Assembly (NCBI GenBank): GCA_964564025.1
Contig: CAZLZO010000006.1
Coordinates: 585-64,584 of the forward strand
Length of the DNA: 64,000 nt
Reading direction: 5' to 3'
Source of the DNA: an uncultured Desulfurococcales archaeon
GTDB taxonomy: Archaea; Thermoproteota; Thermoprotei_A; EX4484-217-1
Position 1 is the stretch's first letter. Every line of letters starts with the position of its first letter. The position numbers and the translations under genes were made by a program. Shown in pieces: positions 29,442 to 38,831 of this stretch. The notes under the pieces are model-generated. The model ran no database searches. It worked only from the letters and a program-made list of their open reading frames with translations, and had not been told where the DNA came from.

Positions 29442-30152
29442 ATGATCTTAACTGTTGAAACATTTGAAAAATACGTAGGACAATCGGTAAAGGACCCTTA
29501 TGGACGTTACGTCGGCGTAATAGCAGGATTCTTCAGCGAAATAGACGGTACAGTAAATTACGTAAGCTTAGAGTATGCTAATGGAGAATTCGCGAAACTA
29601 CCGGTAAGTAGGTTTGAATTTAAACCAGATGCAGTAATTCTTGTTCCAGGATGGAAAGCTGAAGCCAATGAAGTTAAGATGAAGCTAGAAACTGTAAGGA
29701 AAAGAGTTAAGGCATTAGATGACCTCTTTGCTAAAGGTGAAATAGCTAGGCATGCTTATGAGGAGTTTAAGAAGAAGCTGGAAACGGATTTAGGAAAGCT
29801 TAGGATAGAGGCTAAGGAAGTTAAGAGAAACCTACAGCATAGGTTAAGGGAGCTTGAGAAACAGAAGGAAAGCTTGGAAACAGCACTTGCCGCGATGAAA
29901 ATGATGTTCTTCTCCGGTGAAATAAGTGAGCCAATATTTAAGAGGGCTTCAGAAATAATTAAGAGGAACATTGAAAAATGTGATGCGGAAAAGAAGGATA
30001 TTAGATCAGCTATGGATGAGCTTGAAAAAATAGAGTCAGCACCTATTTCACTAGCAACACCACATAAGGAGGAGAAACCTGAAGAATCAGCTATTACAGC
30101 ACCCTCAGAAGAAGCACCATTAGTGGTTCATGTTGTTGAAAGTGAGCAGTAA
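29442..30152 (+). CDS. cdvA: cell division protein CdvA
   Basis: N-terminal PRC-barrel-like (VKDPYGR.VG), long coiled coil, C-terminal E3B-like strand PLVVHVV; first gene of the cdvB-cdvC run. Confidence 0.9.
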   Translation: MILTVETFEKYVGQSVKDPYGRYVGVIAGFFSEIDGTVNYVSLEYANGEFAKLPVSRFEFKPDAVILVPGWKAEANEVKMKLETVRKRVKALDDLFAKGEIARHAYEEFKKKLETDLGKLRIEAKEVKRNLQHRLRELEKQKESLETALAAMKMMFFSGEISEPIFKRASEIIKRNIEKCDAEKKDIRSAMDELEKIESAPISLATPHKEEKPEESAITAPSEEAPLVVHVVESEQ

Positions 30153-30190
30153 ATATTTTTCTAACCCTATAATATTTTGAGGGACGCCGA

Positions 30191-31069
30191 GTGAGTAGAA
30201 TTGTCAAGGAGTGGGGCGGTGAGGAATATAGTAGGCCGTTCTTTCTTAGAATACTTAGCAAGCTAAAGCCCCGTAGAACCTCTTTGAAAAGGCAAATTTC
30301 AGAAGTAATTTATAGATTAGAGATACAAATGGAGAAACTTGATGAAACACTTACCAGACTTAGAAGTAGAGATAATGAGTTATTGGAGAAAACGGTTAAA
30401 GCATATATAGCTAAGGATTTTGCACGTGCCTCAATTTATGCAAGTGAAATAGCTGAGTTAAGAAAAATGGCCAAAATAGTTCTAGCCAGCAGGCTTGCTT
30501 TAGAAAGAGTGAAGGTAAGGTTAGAAACTATAGTTGAATTAGGAGACATAGCAACTGTGATTGCACCTTTGGTTCCTGTTCTTAAGAGCTTAAAAACTCA
30601 GCTTTCAGGAATTATTCCTGAAATTTCAATAGAGCTTGAGGAAATAACTAATAGCATGAACACTATGCTGTTAGAAGTAGGTCAAGTGGCTGCAGCAACA
30701 GCTTCAACACCCATGTTAACTGAGGAAGCTAAAAAAGTGCTTCTCGAAGCTCAAGCTCTTGCCGAAGAGAAAATCAAAGAAAACTTCCCGAAAATACCTC
30801 CTCAAATAAAAATCCCTAAGCTAGAAGAGGCAACTACTAGAATACCTATAGCTTTAGATATAGCTGCAGCTCAAACAGCACCTACGAAGCCCACTAAGAT
30901 AAAAATGTCAATAAAAGAATTAGAAAACAAAGTTTTAGAATACATAAAGTCACATAGAGGTTTCATAGATGTTAATGAGTGTGCAGAAGTTTTTGGAGTG
31001 CATAGGGAGGACATATTAAAAGCTCTTCGTTCTCTTGAGAAGAAAGGTAAGATAAAGTTGAGAAGATAA
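30191..31069 (+). CDS. cdvB: cell division ESCRT-III protein CdvB
   Basis: ARASIYASEIAELRK, LERVKVRLET, MIM2-like FPKIPP, C-terminal winged helix (VLEYIK..RGFIDV..CA..FG). Confidence 0.92.
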   Translation: MSRIVKEWGGEEYSRPFFLRILSKLKPRRTSLKRQISEVIYRLEIQMEKLDETLTRLRSRDNELLEKTVKAYIAKDFARASIYASEIAELRKMAKIVLASRLALERVKVRLETIVELGDIATVIAPLVPVLKSLKTQLSGIIPEISIELEEITNSMNTMLLEVGQVAAATASTPMLTEEAKKVLLEAQALAEEKIKENFPKIPPQIKIPKLEEATTRIPIALDIAAAQTAPTKPTKIKMSIKELENKVLEYIKSHRGFIDVNECAEVFGVHREDILKALRSLEKKGKIKLRR

Positions 31070-31154
31070 AGGTAACGCTAACTTAAACACTATAAATGAA
31101 CTTTTAAACACACCGTCTAGTTTAGAGACTAACAAACATTCATGGTGGTTTCCG

Positions 31155-32279
31155 GTGGCGCTTAACGTGCTTGAAGATATGGCTCGAAGATATGCTCAAC
31201 AGGCGGTTAATGCTGATAGGAAAGGTAATAGAGAAGTCGCAATAGCTTACTATAATAAGGCAGTTGAAACATTAACAAAAATCGTTAGACTTTATCCTGA
31301 CAATCCTCTTACAAAAGTTTACCTTACAATGATTAAAGAGTACAGAGAAAGAGCTGAGCAATTGAAAAGATTAAGTGTAAGCGTGCCTGTAGAAGGTGAA
31401 GAGCAAGGGGGAATTTCAATAGAGGATCTAATAGTTTCTGAAAAACCAAGTGTGACATGGGATGATATTGCTGATTTAGAGCATGCTAAAAAGGCAATAA
31501 AGAAAGCAATAATTTATCCAGCACGTAATCCTGAGTTCTTCCCCTTAGGATGGCCTAGGGGAATACTTCTCTATGGACCTCCAGGCTGTGGTAAAACACT
31601 TTTAGCTTCAGCAGTAGCTAATGAAATAGATGCTGTATTTATAAGTGTTGACGCTGCGACAATAATGTCTAAGTGGCTTGGAGAAGCTGAGAAGAATGTT
31701 GCAAAACTCTTCAGAAAAGGTAGGGAAATAGCTAAGAAAGGAACGCCAGTGATAATATTTATTGATGAAATAGATTCTTTATTAGGTGTTTTTAGCGGGG
31801 AGGTTGGAGGAGAGGTGAGGGTAAGAAATCAGTTTCTTAAGGAAATGGATGGATTACAGGACAAGAAAAGTAAGTTACTACTTTTCGTAATAGGCGCTAC
31901 AAATAAGCCTTGGAAACTCGACGACGCTTTCATAAGAAGGTTTCAAAGGAGAATATATATTCCACCTCCATCTTATGAGGCAAGAATAGAGTTATTTAGG
32001 CTTTATACTAAAGAGTTAAAACTTGACCCATCAGTTAACATAAGGGAGTTAGCTAAGCTAACTGAGGGTTATTCAAGTAGTGATATTAGAGATATATGCC
32101 AAGAGGTTCAGGAAAAAGTTGTTGAAGAATACTTTGAGGAGACAGGAGGGGCATATGGTGAACCAAGAGCTATAACAATGGATGACTTCATAGAGGTTAT
32201 TAAGAGGAGAAGGCCTAGCATAAGCTTAGAACTTATTAGAAGATATGAAATATGGGCAGCAGAGTACGGAGCATTATAG
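31155..32279 (+). CDS. cdvC: Vps4-like AAA+ ATPase CdvC
   Basis: N-terminal MIT, GPPGCGKT, FIDEID, GATNKPWKLDDAFIRRF. Confidence 0.95.
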   Translation: MALNVLEDMARRYAQQAVNADRKGNREVAIAYYNKAVETLTKIVRLYPDNPLTKVYLTMIKEYRERAEQLKRLSVSVPVEGEEQGGISIEDLIVSEKPSVTWDDIADLEHAKKAIKKAIIYPARNPEFFPLGWPRGILLYGPPGCGKTLLASAVANEIDAVFISVDAATIMSKWLGEAEKNVAKLFRKGREIAKKGTPVIIFIDEIDSLLGVFSGEVGGEVRVRNQFLKEMDGLQDKKSKLLLFVIGATNKPWKLDDAFIRRFQRRIYIPPPSYEARIELFRLYTKELKLDPSVNIRELAKLTEGYSSSDIRDICQEVQEKVVEEYFEETGGAYGEPRAITMDDFIEVIKRRRPSISLELIRRYEIWAAEYGAL

Positions 32280-32346
32280 TAAAAGTTTGAAAAAGAAAAA
32301 ATCAAAAATTTTGTGTTTGTTTTTATTAGCTCTAATTTGCTGCTGT

Positions 32347-32487
32347 TTACTCTACCTTAGCTCTGAAGTAGTGGCCGTTGGGGCACTTAAAGAGACCGAT
32401 CTTAACGCCCTTCCTGCCCTTTGGTGCTAGTACCCATGTCTTTATTGGCTTTTCTACCTCAGCTCCACACTTTGGACACTTGGGCAT
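32347..32487 (-). CDS. creN7: chromatin protein Cren7 (46 aa, Cys/His-containing)
   Basis: Manual translation [46 protein letters not shown]; contains the Cren7 signature [14 protein letters not shown]; GGTGA SD; below the ORF-track cutoff. Confidence 0.93.
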   Translation of the reverse strand: MPKCPKCGAEVEKPIKTWVLAPKGRKGVKIGLFKCPNGHYFRAKVE

Positions 32488-32767
32488 ATTCTATCACCAT
32501 ACTAATGTATAATCATATTGGAATTTAAACTTAACTTCAGATCTTCACTATAAAACTATGGTAGGAAGGAGTAGTGTTTCTAAATGTGATTTAAAGGATT
32601 CCTTTAACATGATAGACATCTCTCATTACAACATAGTATTGAGTGGTCATTTTCCCTTGAATCAACTATTTAAAAGTAATTGTACTGAATGGTATTTTAC
32701 GATTTTCTCTTAAATAATTAACATGTGAAATTTTATAGATAACTTAATAAAACATGTATCTTAGGGT

Positions 32768-33553
32768 GTGTATTCAACCATGTACTATATGGAGGAATAT
32801 AATGGCTTTACACTTTATGAAACTAAGGAGTTTAAGCTGGAGCAGCCATCCTATATGCTTTTAGGGCTTCCGGATACAGGATTAGTTGCATCTATTTCTT
32901 CAAGCTATCTTGTTGATTCGCTAAAAATGGATGAAGTTGGCGGAATAGATTCCTATAGATATTTTCCGCCAATAGCCGTTATCCATAATGGCGAAAGTAA
33001 ATTGCCTATTAGAATGTTCTATAAAAGGAATATATTGGTTATAATATCTGAACTACCTATTTCGCCTAGTGCAACATATCCTTTAGCCTTTATGCTAGTT
33101 GATTATGCTCAGAAAAAGGGAATAACACACATTGTTTCACCAGTGGGGTTAGGTGTTCCTCATAGAATGGAGGTAGAAAAACCAGCAACATATGGTTTAG
33201 CAACATCTAAGGAAGGAGAGCAGATTCTATCAAAGGTTGGTATTAAAGGATTTCAAGAAGGATTCATAGTAGGTCCTTACGCGGTTATTTTAAAGGAAGC
33301 TAAGAGAAGGAAAATAAGCAATATAGTGATTTTCGCAGAAGCCTTCATAGATTTCCCTGATCCAGCAGCCGCTGTTGAGGTACTAACAATTTTAACTAAA
33401 ATATTCAGCGTAGAAATAGATCTTAAACCGTTAATAGAGAAAGCCGAGGAAATAAGATTAAAAACCAGAGAGCTTATGATGAACACTAAAAGAGTTCTCG
33501 AAAGAATGAAGAAAGGCTATGAACAACAACTTCCGCTTATGTATGTGTTCTAA
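32768..33553 (+). CDS. proteasome assembly chaperone PAC2 family
   Basis: GLPDTGLVASI, P.R.FY, G.IVGP.AVIL, PDPAAA. Confidence 0.9.
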   Translation: MYSTMYYMEEYNGFTLYETKEFKLEQPSYMLLGLPDTGLVASISSSYLVDSLKMDEVGGIDSYRYFPPIAVIHNGESKLPIRMFYKRNILVIISELPISPSATYPLAFMLVDYAQKKGITHIVSPVGLGVPHRMEVEKPATYGLATSKEGEQILSKVGIKGFQEGFIVGPYAVILKEAKRRKISNIVIFAEAFIDFPDPAAAVEVLTILTKIFSVEIDLKPLIEKAEEIRLKTRELMMNTKRVLERMKKGYEQQLPLMYVF

Positions 33554-33565
33554 GAAGCCTCTAAG

Positions 33566-34003
33566 ATGGAGGTGAAATATCAAATGTCAAGTAGAAGAAT
33601 ACGTGACATGATTAGGGAATTTGAAAGGGAAATAGAGGAGACAATAGAGGAGATAATAGATAGTATCGTAGGAACCTATGAAGCAAGACCTTTATGGAGT
33701 AAGGATGGCTCGCTTGAACCCCTAATTAGCGTTGTGGAGAAAGAAGATAAATACGTAATAACAATAGATTTACCCTTAGCTAATCTTAAAACGCTCTCCA
33801 TTACTGGAAAGTATAATTATATCGAATTACGTTGCAAGTTAAAGCATAGAGTGAAACTTAGTGAGTGGCCAATGTCTCGAACAGAGTTTACTGAGTATAG
33901 AAAGATCATTAAGTTACCTGAAAACGCCGATGTTGCTAACTTTGAAGTTAAAAAGTACGTAGAGTACTCAATAATTGAAATAATTGTTCCTAAAAAGGGC
34001 TAA
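33566..34003 (+). CDS. small heat-shock protein Hsp20
   Basis: EPL..V.E.ED.Y.I.IDLP, Y.K.IKLP alpha-crystallin pattern. Confidence 0.85.
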   Translation: MEVKYQMSSRRIRDMIREFEREIEETIEEIIDSIVGTYEARPLWSKDGSLEPLISVVEKEDKYVITIDLPLANLKTLSITGKYNYIELRCKLKHRVKLSEWPMSRTEFTEYRKIIKLPENADVANFEVKKYVEYSIIEIIVPKKG

Positions 34004-35181
34004 GCCTTAGTATGTATTTCGACAATGTCGCCATCCATTAGTACGTGGTTTTTTCCAACACGTTCGCCAGGATACTTAGCTGAGGGACCCCAAATTTTAG
34101 CGTATTTGAAATTTTTGTAAAGTCTGGAGTGAACTCTTTCTGCGACATCTAATACTGTAGCTCCTTTTTTCAATATTAAAGGCTGGGGTGAAGGTTTATC
34201 TTCGCCTGGTTGTTTAGTGTAAACTCTTATTATGTTTGTTATATTAAAGAATACCTTGCCTAATCCGCTTAAGCCTCTACCTGATTTAGCGGAAATAGCT
34301 ATCACTGGTACTTCGTAGTTAATGGATTTTTCTATGTCACTAAGTATTTTCCTCAATTGTGTTTCATTTAACAAATCGGCTTTATTAAGTAATATAACTG
34401 CTGGCTTATAAGTTGAGCTTTCAAAAATAGCTGATTCAACATCATCTAATGTTACCTCTCCAAAAATTCTAACTAGTGCATGGTATATTTTGTAGTCTTT
34501 TAGTAGTTTTTCAACATCCTTTGCCGTAGCGTTTAAGAGTCTGCCGGAAATTATTACTTGAATTCCTCCACTACTTTTCCTTTGAATAACAACTTTTCCT
34601 TTAGGCTTTTTTATGAAAATTTTTGCTTCATTAAGCTCGTTTAAAATTGTTTTTAACTGCTCTATAGGGTTATTTGTTGCATCAAGAACTATAGCTATGG
34701 CATCAGCATTTCTAGCTAAACCTAGTGTTTTAAGACCCCAGCTTCCTCCCTGTGCAGCTCCCTTGAAAAGTGCAGGTGCTTCAACAAGTTGAAACTTTAT
34801 ATCTTCAAAAGGCATCATGCCTACTGAAGGTTTACGGGTGAAGTAAGGTATGGGTGATGTTTGAACTTTAGCATTAGTTAGCTTAGATAGTATAGCACTT
34901 TTTCCGGAATTCGTGAGACCTATTAAAACTATTTGGGCAGCACCTTCTTTCTCTACAAAAAACCTCGGCCCTCTTCCTCCCTTTCTCCTCTTCTGCTCCT
35001 CTATTTCTCTTCTAAGAATGGCCATTTGCCTTCTAATTTGGCGTACAAGATTTTCTGTCCCCTTATGCTTAGGGACTGCTGAAAGAAACTCCTCTAGAGC
35101 CTTAAGTTTTTCCTGCGGAGATTTAGCCTCCATAACCTTAATCCATTTAGCTTTGGCTTCAGCTGGTAAATTAGTAACCAC
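34000..35181 (-). CDS. DRG/Obg-family GTPase with TGS domain
   Basis: PKHKGTE, GLTNSGKS, NKAD, IRVYTK, WGPSAKYPGERVG..HVL.DGD. Confidence 0.93.
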   Translation of the reverse strand: MVTNLPAEAKAKWIKVMEAKSPQEKLKALEEFLSAVPKHKGTENLVRQIRRQMAILRREIEEQKRRKGGRGPRFFVEKEGAAQIVLIGLTNSGKSAILSKLTNAKVQTSPIPYFTRKPSVGMMPFEDIKFQLVEAPALFKGAAQGGSWGLKTLGLARNADAIAIVLDATNNPIEQLKTILNELNEAKIFIKKPKGKVVIQRKSSGGIQVIISGRLLNATAKDVEKLLKDYKIYHALVRIFGEVTLDDVESAIFESSTYKPAVILLNKADLLNETQLRKILSDIEKSINYEVPVIAISAKSGRGLSGLGKVFFNITNIIRVYTKQPGEDKPSPQPLILKKGATVLDVAERVHSRLYKNFKYAKIWGPSAKYPGERVGKNHVLMDGDIVEIHTKA

Positions 35182-35203
35182 AGGTTATGGCACCTCCACT
35201 TAA

Positions 35204-35854
35204 CTATCTCTTCTTATTAATGTACTCTTTAGGGGCAATTCCCTTAACTGTTCTCCAACTTTTTCTAACTATGTCTGGTAAAAATCTGTTCTTTAAATAG
35301 AATTCTTTCAGCCAAGAAATAGTTTTTTCATCTGAAGGATAACCGCTTCCGAAATCGCCGAAAACTCTTTTTAACTGGCTAATATGTTTTTCTCTATGAA
35401 CCTTGGCTACTATTGAAGCTGCTGAAACAACAATATACTTTTTATCAGCAAAATGCTCAGCAATTAATTTTCCCTTAAAGTTAAGGGATTTAATGCGATT
35501 TCTAAGTTTTTCAGGAGACATTGAAGGTAAGTCAATGATTATCTCCTCTAATTCCCCGTTAAAATCCTTAATAGCCTCCTTAACTATCTCAACGTATTTA
35601 TCAGCTAAAATGCGGTTTATATTTCTTCGATCTATTTCTGAAACACTAACTTCTTTAACATAGATTTTCCTAGCAACTTTTCTAATTACACTATAGTATG
35701 CTTCTCTCATATAATGACTCAAAAGCTTACTATCCTTAACGCCTAAGCGCTTAAGCTTAGTAATTTCAGATTTATCAATAATAACTCCAGCTACAAACAT
35801 GTCTCCTATTACAGGACCTTTTCCGGCTTCATCTATCCCTAGTATTAAGCCCAA
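35204..35854 (-). CDS. rnhB: ribonuclease HII
   Basis: GIDEAGKGPVIG, VKDSK, AASIVAKV.R, GSGYPSD. Confidence 0.96.
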   Translation of the reverse strand: MGLILGIDEAGKGPVIGDMFVAGVIIDKSEITKLKRLGVKDSKLLSHYMREAYYSVIRKVARKIYVKEVSVSEIDRRNINRILADKYVEIVKEAIKDFNGELEEIIIDLPSMSPEKLRNRIKSLNFKGKLIAEHFADKKYIVVSAASIVAKVHREKHISQLKRVFGDFGSGYPSDEKTISWLKEFYLKNRFLPDIVRKSWRTVKGIAPKEYINKKR

Positions 35855-36713
35855 TTTCGCCTATACTCCTCCTTAATATGCAATTTTTCCTAATTATTTC
35901 TATTACTTCGTTCTCTTTAAGAACTTTAAACTGATGATTCCTATCTTTTCTAAAGGTTTCGAGAAGAATGTATTTTGCATTAGTCTTGCTGCAAATAAGC
36001 TTTGAAATCTCATGTAGATTTAGAAAGCCTAAACCAAAATAGTAATGGTTAGCGTATGTATCATTTTTCTTCACAACATCATGTATGTGAATAACGTATA
36101 TTTTCTCCTTACCTAAAGCATTTATCCAATCATTTATTACTCCAAGCGGAGTATATGATGTTTCTCCAGCATTATAATATGCTACAATCGCATGAGCCAC
36201 ATCTAAGCAAAACTTTATGCTATTTAAACCCGCTTGAGTAAAGTAGGTCGGGTAAGAGAAATGGCCATGGGGATTATTTTCGATAGTTATAATTATGGAG
36301 TATTTTTCAGCTAATTCCTCCAAGAACTCTATGACTTCCTTAGCTCTATTTACAATTTTATCACGAACCTTACTATCAAACGTTATTTCCTCAGATATTA
36401 AATGAATGTTAAAGTATTTCGGCTCAAACTTGCTTACATTATCTACTATTTTCTCTATAACTTTTCTTGAAGAATAAGCTATTTCATCTATGGGACTAGC
36501 TAATCTTATGTCTCTCCATGGAGCATGAAAGCTTGTTTCCAATCCTATGGTTTTTGCGAGTTTTATGATGTTTGAAAATTCATATTCATCATAAGGCCAA
36601 GGATAATCAAGTGATATTTCAACGTAATTAAACCCTAAAGAGTGCATTTGCTCGATAAGTTCCTTTTTATTTTTATTTCCATACCATAAGCTAAAACCTA
36701 TTTTCCTAAACAA
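35829..36713 (-). CDS. sugar phosphate isomerase/epimerase (AP endonuclease 2 TIM barrel)
   Basis: FHAP..D..LAS, IENNP, CLDVAH, HIHD, H...G.G. Confidence 0.85.
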   Translation of the reverse strand: MFRKIGFSLWYGNKNKKELIEQMHSLGFNYVEISLDYPWPYDEYEFSNIIKLAKTIGLETSFHAPWRDIRLASPIDEIAYSSRKVIEKIVDNVSKFEPKYFNIHLISEEITFDSKVRDKIVNRAKEVIEFLEELAEKYSIIITIENNPHGHFSYPTYFTQAGLNSIKFCLDVAHAIVAYYNAGETSYTPLGVINDWINALGKEKIYVIHIHDVVKKNDTYANHYYFGLGFLNLHEISKLICSKTNAKYILLETFRKDRNHQFKVLKENEVIEIIRKNCILRRSIGEIGLNTRDR

Positions 36714-36725
36714 TTCCTCATTACC

Positions 36726-37412
36726 TCATTTGCTGAGTAATGTAAGCAATGTCTTTAGATAATTTGCCTCCTTATTTACCATAGCTTGTTTATAAGCATT
36801 AATACTTTTGATAAAGAGTTTTTTAATATCCATATTCCCATATAGAGTCTTCAACATGACATAGAAGACTACGTCAGGTAGAGGGTGTTTAATGCATTCT
36901 CCTTCGGCGGAACACATCTCACTCTCCAAGATAGAAACCGTGGTTACAGCATTTTTAAGAATTGTTTTGAGCATGTAAAGCGGGGTATTAACTTGGTCTT
37001 CGGAACCTAAATATATTGTTTTATTTACACCGTATTTCACAAGGAGTTTAAGTAAGTCTTTTTCAGCATTTCTAAGATTATATACTACAGCCCTTAAATG
37101 CACTCCATTTAGTGATGGCTCATTTAGTATCTGTGTGTTTAAGCCTTTAAAAATGCTTACAAATGAAGCAGCAAGCTTAGGATAAGTTATCACTATTGGT
37201 TTTAAATTATTTTCCTGAAGAACTGCTGCGAAAACCGATAATCCTACAATGCCTTTTATGCTATGAGCCCTATCAGCAATGAGATAGATTACTTCATGGT
37301 TTATAAGTTTCTTAAATATTTTCCTGAATAACTCATAGGCTACCATAAGCTCGCTTGGGCAAGGAAAGCCTATGAGCTCCCTTCGGTTAATGCCTTGTTC
37401 TACTTCATTCAT
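36726..37412 (-). CDS. hypothetical protein
   Basis: ORF track, co-oriented with neighbours. Confidence 0.75.
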   Translation of the reverse strand: MNEVEQGINRRELIGFPCPSELMVAYELFRKIFKKLINHEVIYLIADRAHSIKGIVGLSVFAAVLQENNLKPIVITYPKLAASFVSIFKGLNTQILNEPSLNGVHLRAVVYNLRNAEKDLLKLLVKYGVNKTIYLGSEDQVNTPLYMLKTILKNAVTTVSILESEMCSAEGECIKHPLPDVVFYVMLKTLYGNMDIKKLFIKSINAYKQAMVNKEANYLKTLLTLLSK

Positions 37413-38482
37413 TTTGTTTCCTCAAGAATTTTAAACACGGCATCGCTCGGTTTCTGTAGTTTCCTTAAAATATTTTTGGGAAGTTTTTTAGTAATTTTAC
37501 CTCCTATAACATCCCTAATAAATCCTAAAATATCTGTTAAGCTGCGAGCTTGGTGTAGTGGGAAACCCCACTTTTTAACACATTCACTTACATGAAGTTT
37601 CTTAGGAAAATAAGATAAGCTTGGAATACCGTAGAGTGATGCTTCTCTAGCAAGTGATGCTCCTCCAGAAATAACTGTGAGAGTTTGTTTAAAGAGAACC
37701 CTAATGTTTATTGCTTTTTCAGGCACTATTACGTTAGAGTATTTTAGTGCGTATTGTTTTTGAGATGTATATCTAGGTAGAAAGACGACAACTATGTTCT
37801 CCTTGCTTAAACTTTCAAGAACGCTTTTGTAAACAGGTTTAAATCTATAATAAGCTGCTTTTTCCTCTTCGGGTCTAAATATTATTATTTTGTCTTTCTT
37901 CGAAATTCCCAGATCTTTTAGGGTTTCTTTTTCACCTAGACTATTAATGAAGCTGTCATCTATCCATTCTAGCTCATCTACACCATTGTATGTTACTTCT
38001 TTAACGTATTTTTTAAGGATAAATCTTCCTATAGCGTTTTGAGGTATGCATTTAGAGTAAATTACGTAATCTGCTAAGGGTAATGTTAGTCTGCTTACTT
38101 CCTCGGCGTGCGGCGTATCTGTCATTATGATTACCGGTATTTTGAGTCCGAAAGCTACTCTTACAGCACTTGGACTTGGATAAGATATCAGTATTGATGG
38201 TTTTTCCTCTTTAACGTACTTCACTAATTTATTCATACGCTTAATATCTTCCCTTAATTTTCCTACAAGACTTCTTCCACCATATTTACCCAAACACACA
38301 TGTTTTTCCATAAATAGTTTAAGAAGAGATTCTGTGTATTCGTATTTTCTACAAGTAATAATAGTTTCGTATCCCTTTTTCCTAAGTTTCCTAGCTAAGC
38401 TAAGCATAAGTAATGCTTGTTTTGAAGTTAATGCATCAAGCCATATTTTCAACACTATGACACCTAAGTTTTTCACTGTCAA
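37409..38482 (-). CDS. DUF354 family GT-B-like protein
   Basis: IWLD..T.KQ, G.YG...L..KL, D.PHA, RPEE..A.Y, GG.SLAREA...G.P. Confidence 0.85.
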   Translation of the reverse strand: MTVKNLGVIVLKIWLDALTSKQALLMLSLARKLRKKGYETIITCRKYEYTESLLKLFMEKHVCLGKYGGRSLVGKLREDIKRMNKLVKYVKEEKPSILISYPSPSAVRVAFGLKIPVIIMTDTPHAEEVSRLTLPLADYVIYSKCIPQNAIGRFILKKYVKEVTYNGVDELEWIDDSFINSLGEKETLKDLGISKKDKIIIFRPEEEKAAYYRFKPVYKSVLESLSKENIVVVFLPRYTSQKQYALKYSNVIVPEKAINIRVLFKQTLTVISGGASLAREASLYGIPSLSYFPKKLHVSECVKKWGFPLHQARSLTDILGFIRDVIGGKITKKLPKNILRKLQKPSDAVFKILEETK

Positions 38483-38518
38483 TATTTTTTGATTTTTAGA
38501 AGAACTTAATAATGTTAA

Positions 38519-38710
38519 TTACCTTATGATGGTGGAGAATATTACTGAAAATATTTTGTAGGAAATATATGTGAAAAGCAAAATTAGAAGAGTGTAAGTT
38601 GTTAACCTTAAATATTCAATATTTTTAGCTTTCTTTAAAGACCATAATGTTAACATGAAGGTTACAAGGAATCCTAACATAAGTATGAGTTTAAAGTATT
38701 CTTCAAACAT
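38519..38710 (-). CDS. small membrane protein
   Basis: Two TM helices, GAGGT SD upstream. Confidence 0.6.
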   Translation of the reverse strand: MFEEYFKLILMLGFLVTFMLTLWSLKKAKNIEYLRLTTYTLLILLFTYISYKIFSVIFSTIIR

Positions 38711-38831
38711 TCATAAATACCTCAATTACACCTCTAATGGCTTATAAGTTATTAATTACACTAGTTATAAAGGTTTTATCTCCGAAACTTCTATTATTTG
38801 TGCTAAATATATGATTATAAAGGTGATTTTC

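Noticed and set aside
32245-32430. 61-aa plus-strand ORF in the track
   Set aside because: Antisense to the much better supported Cren7 gene
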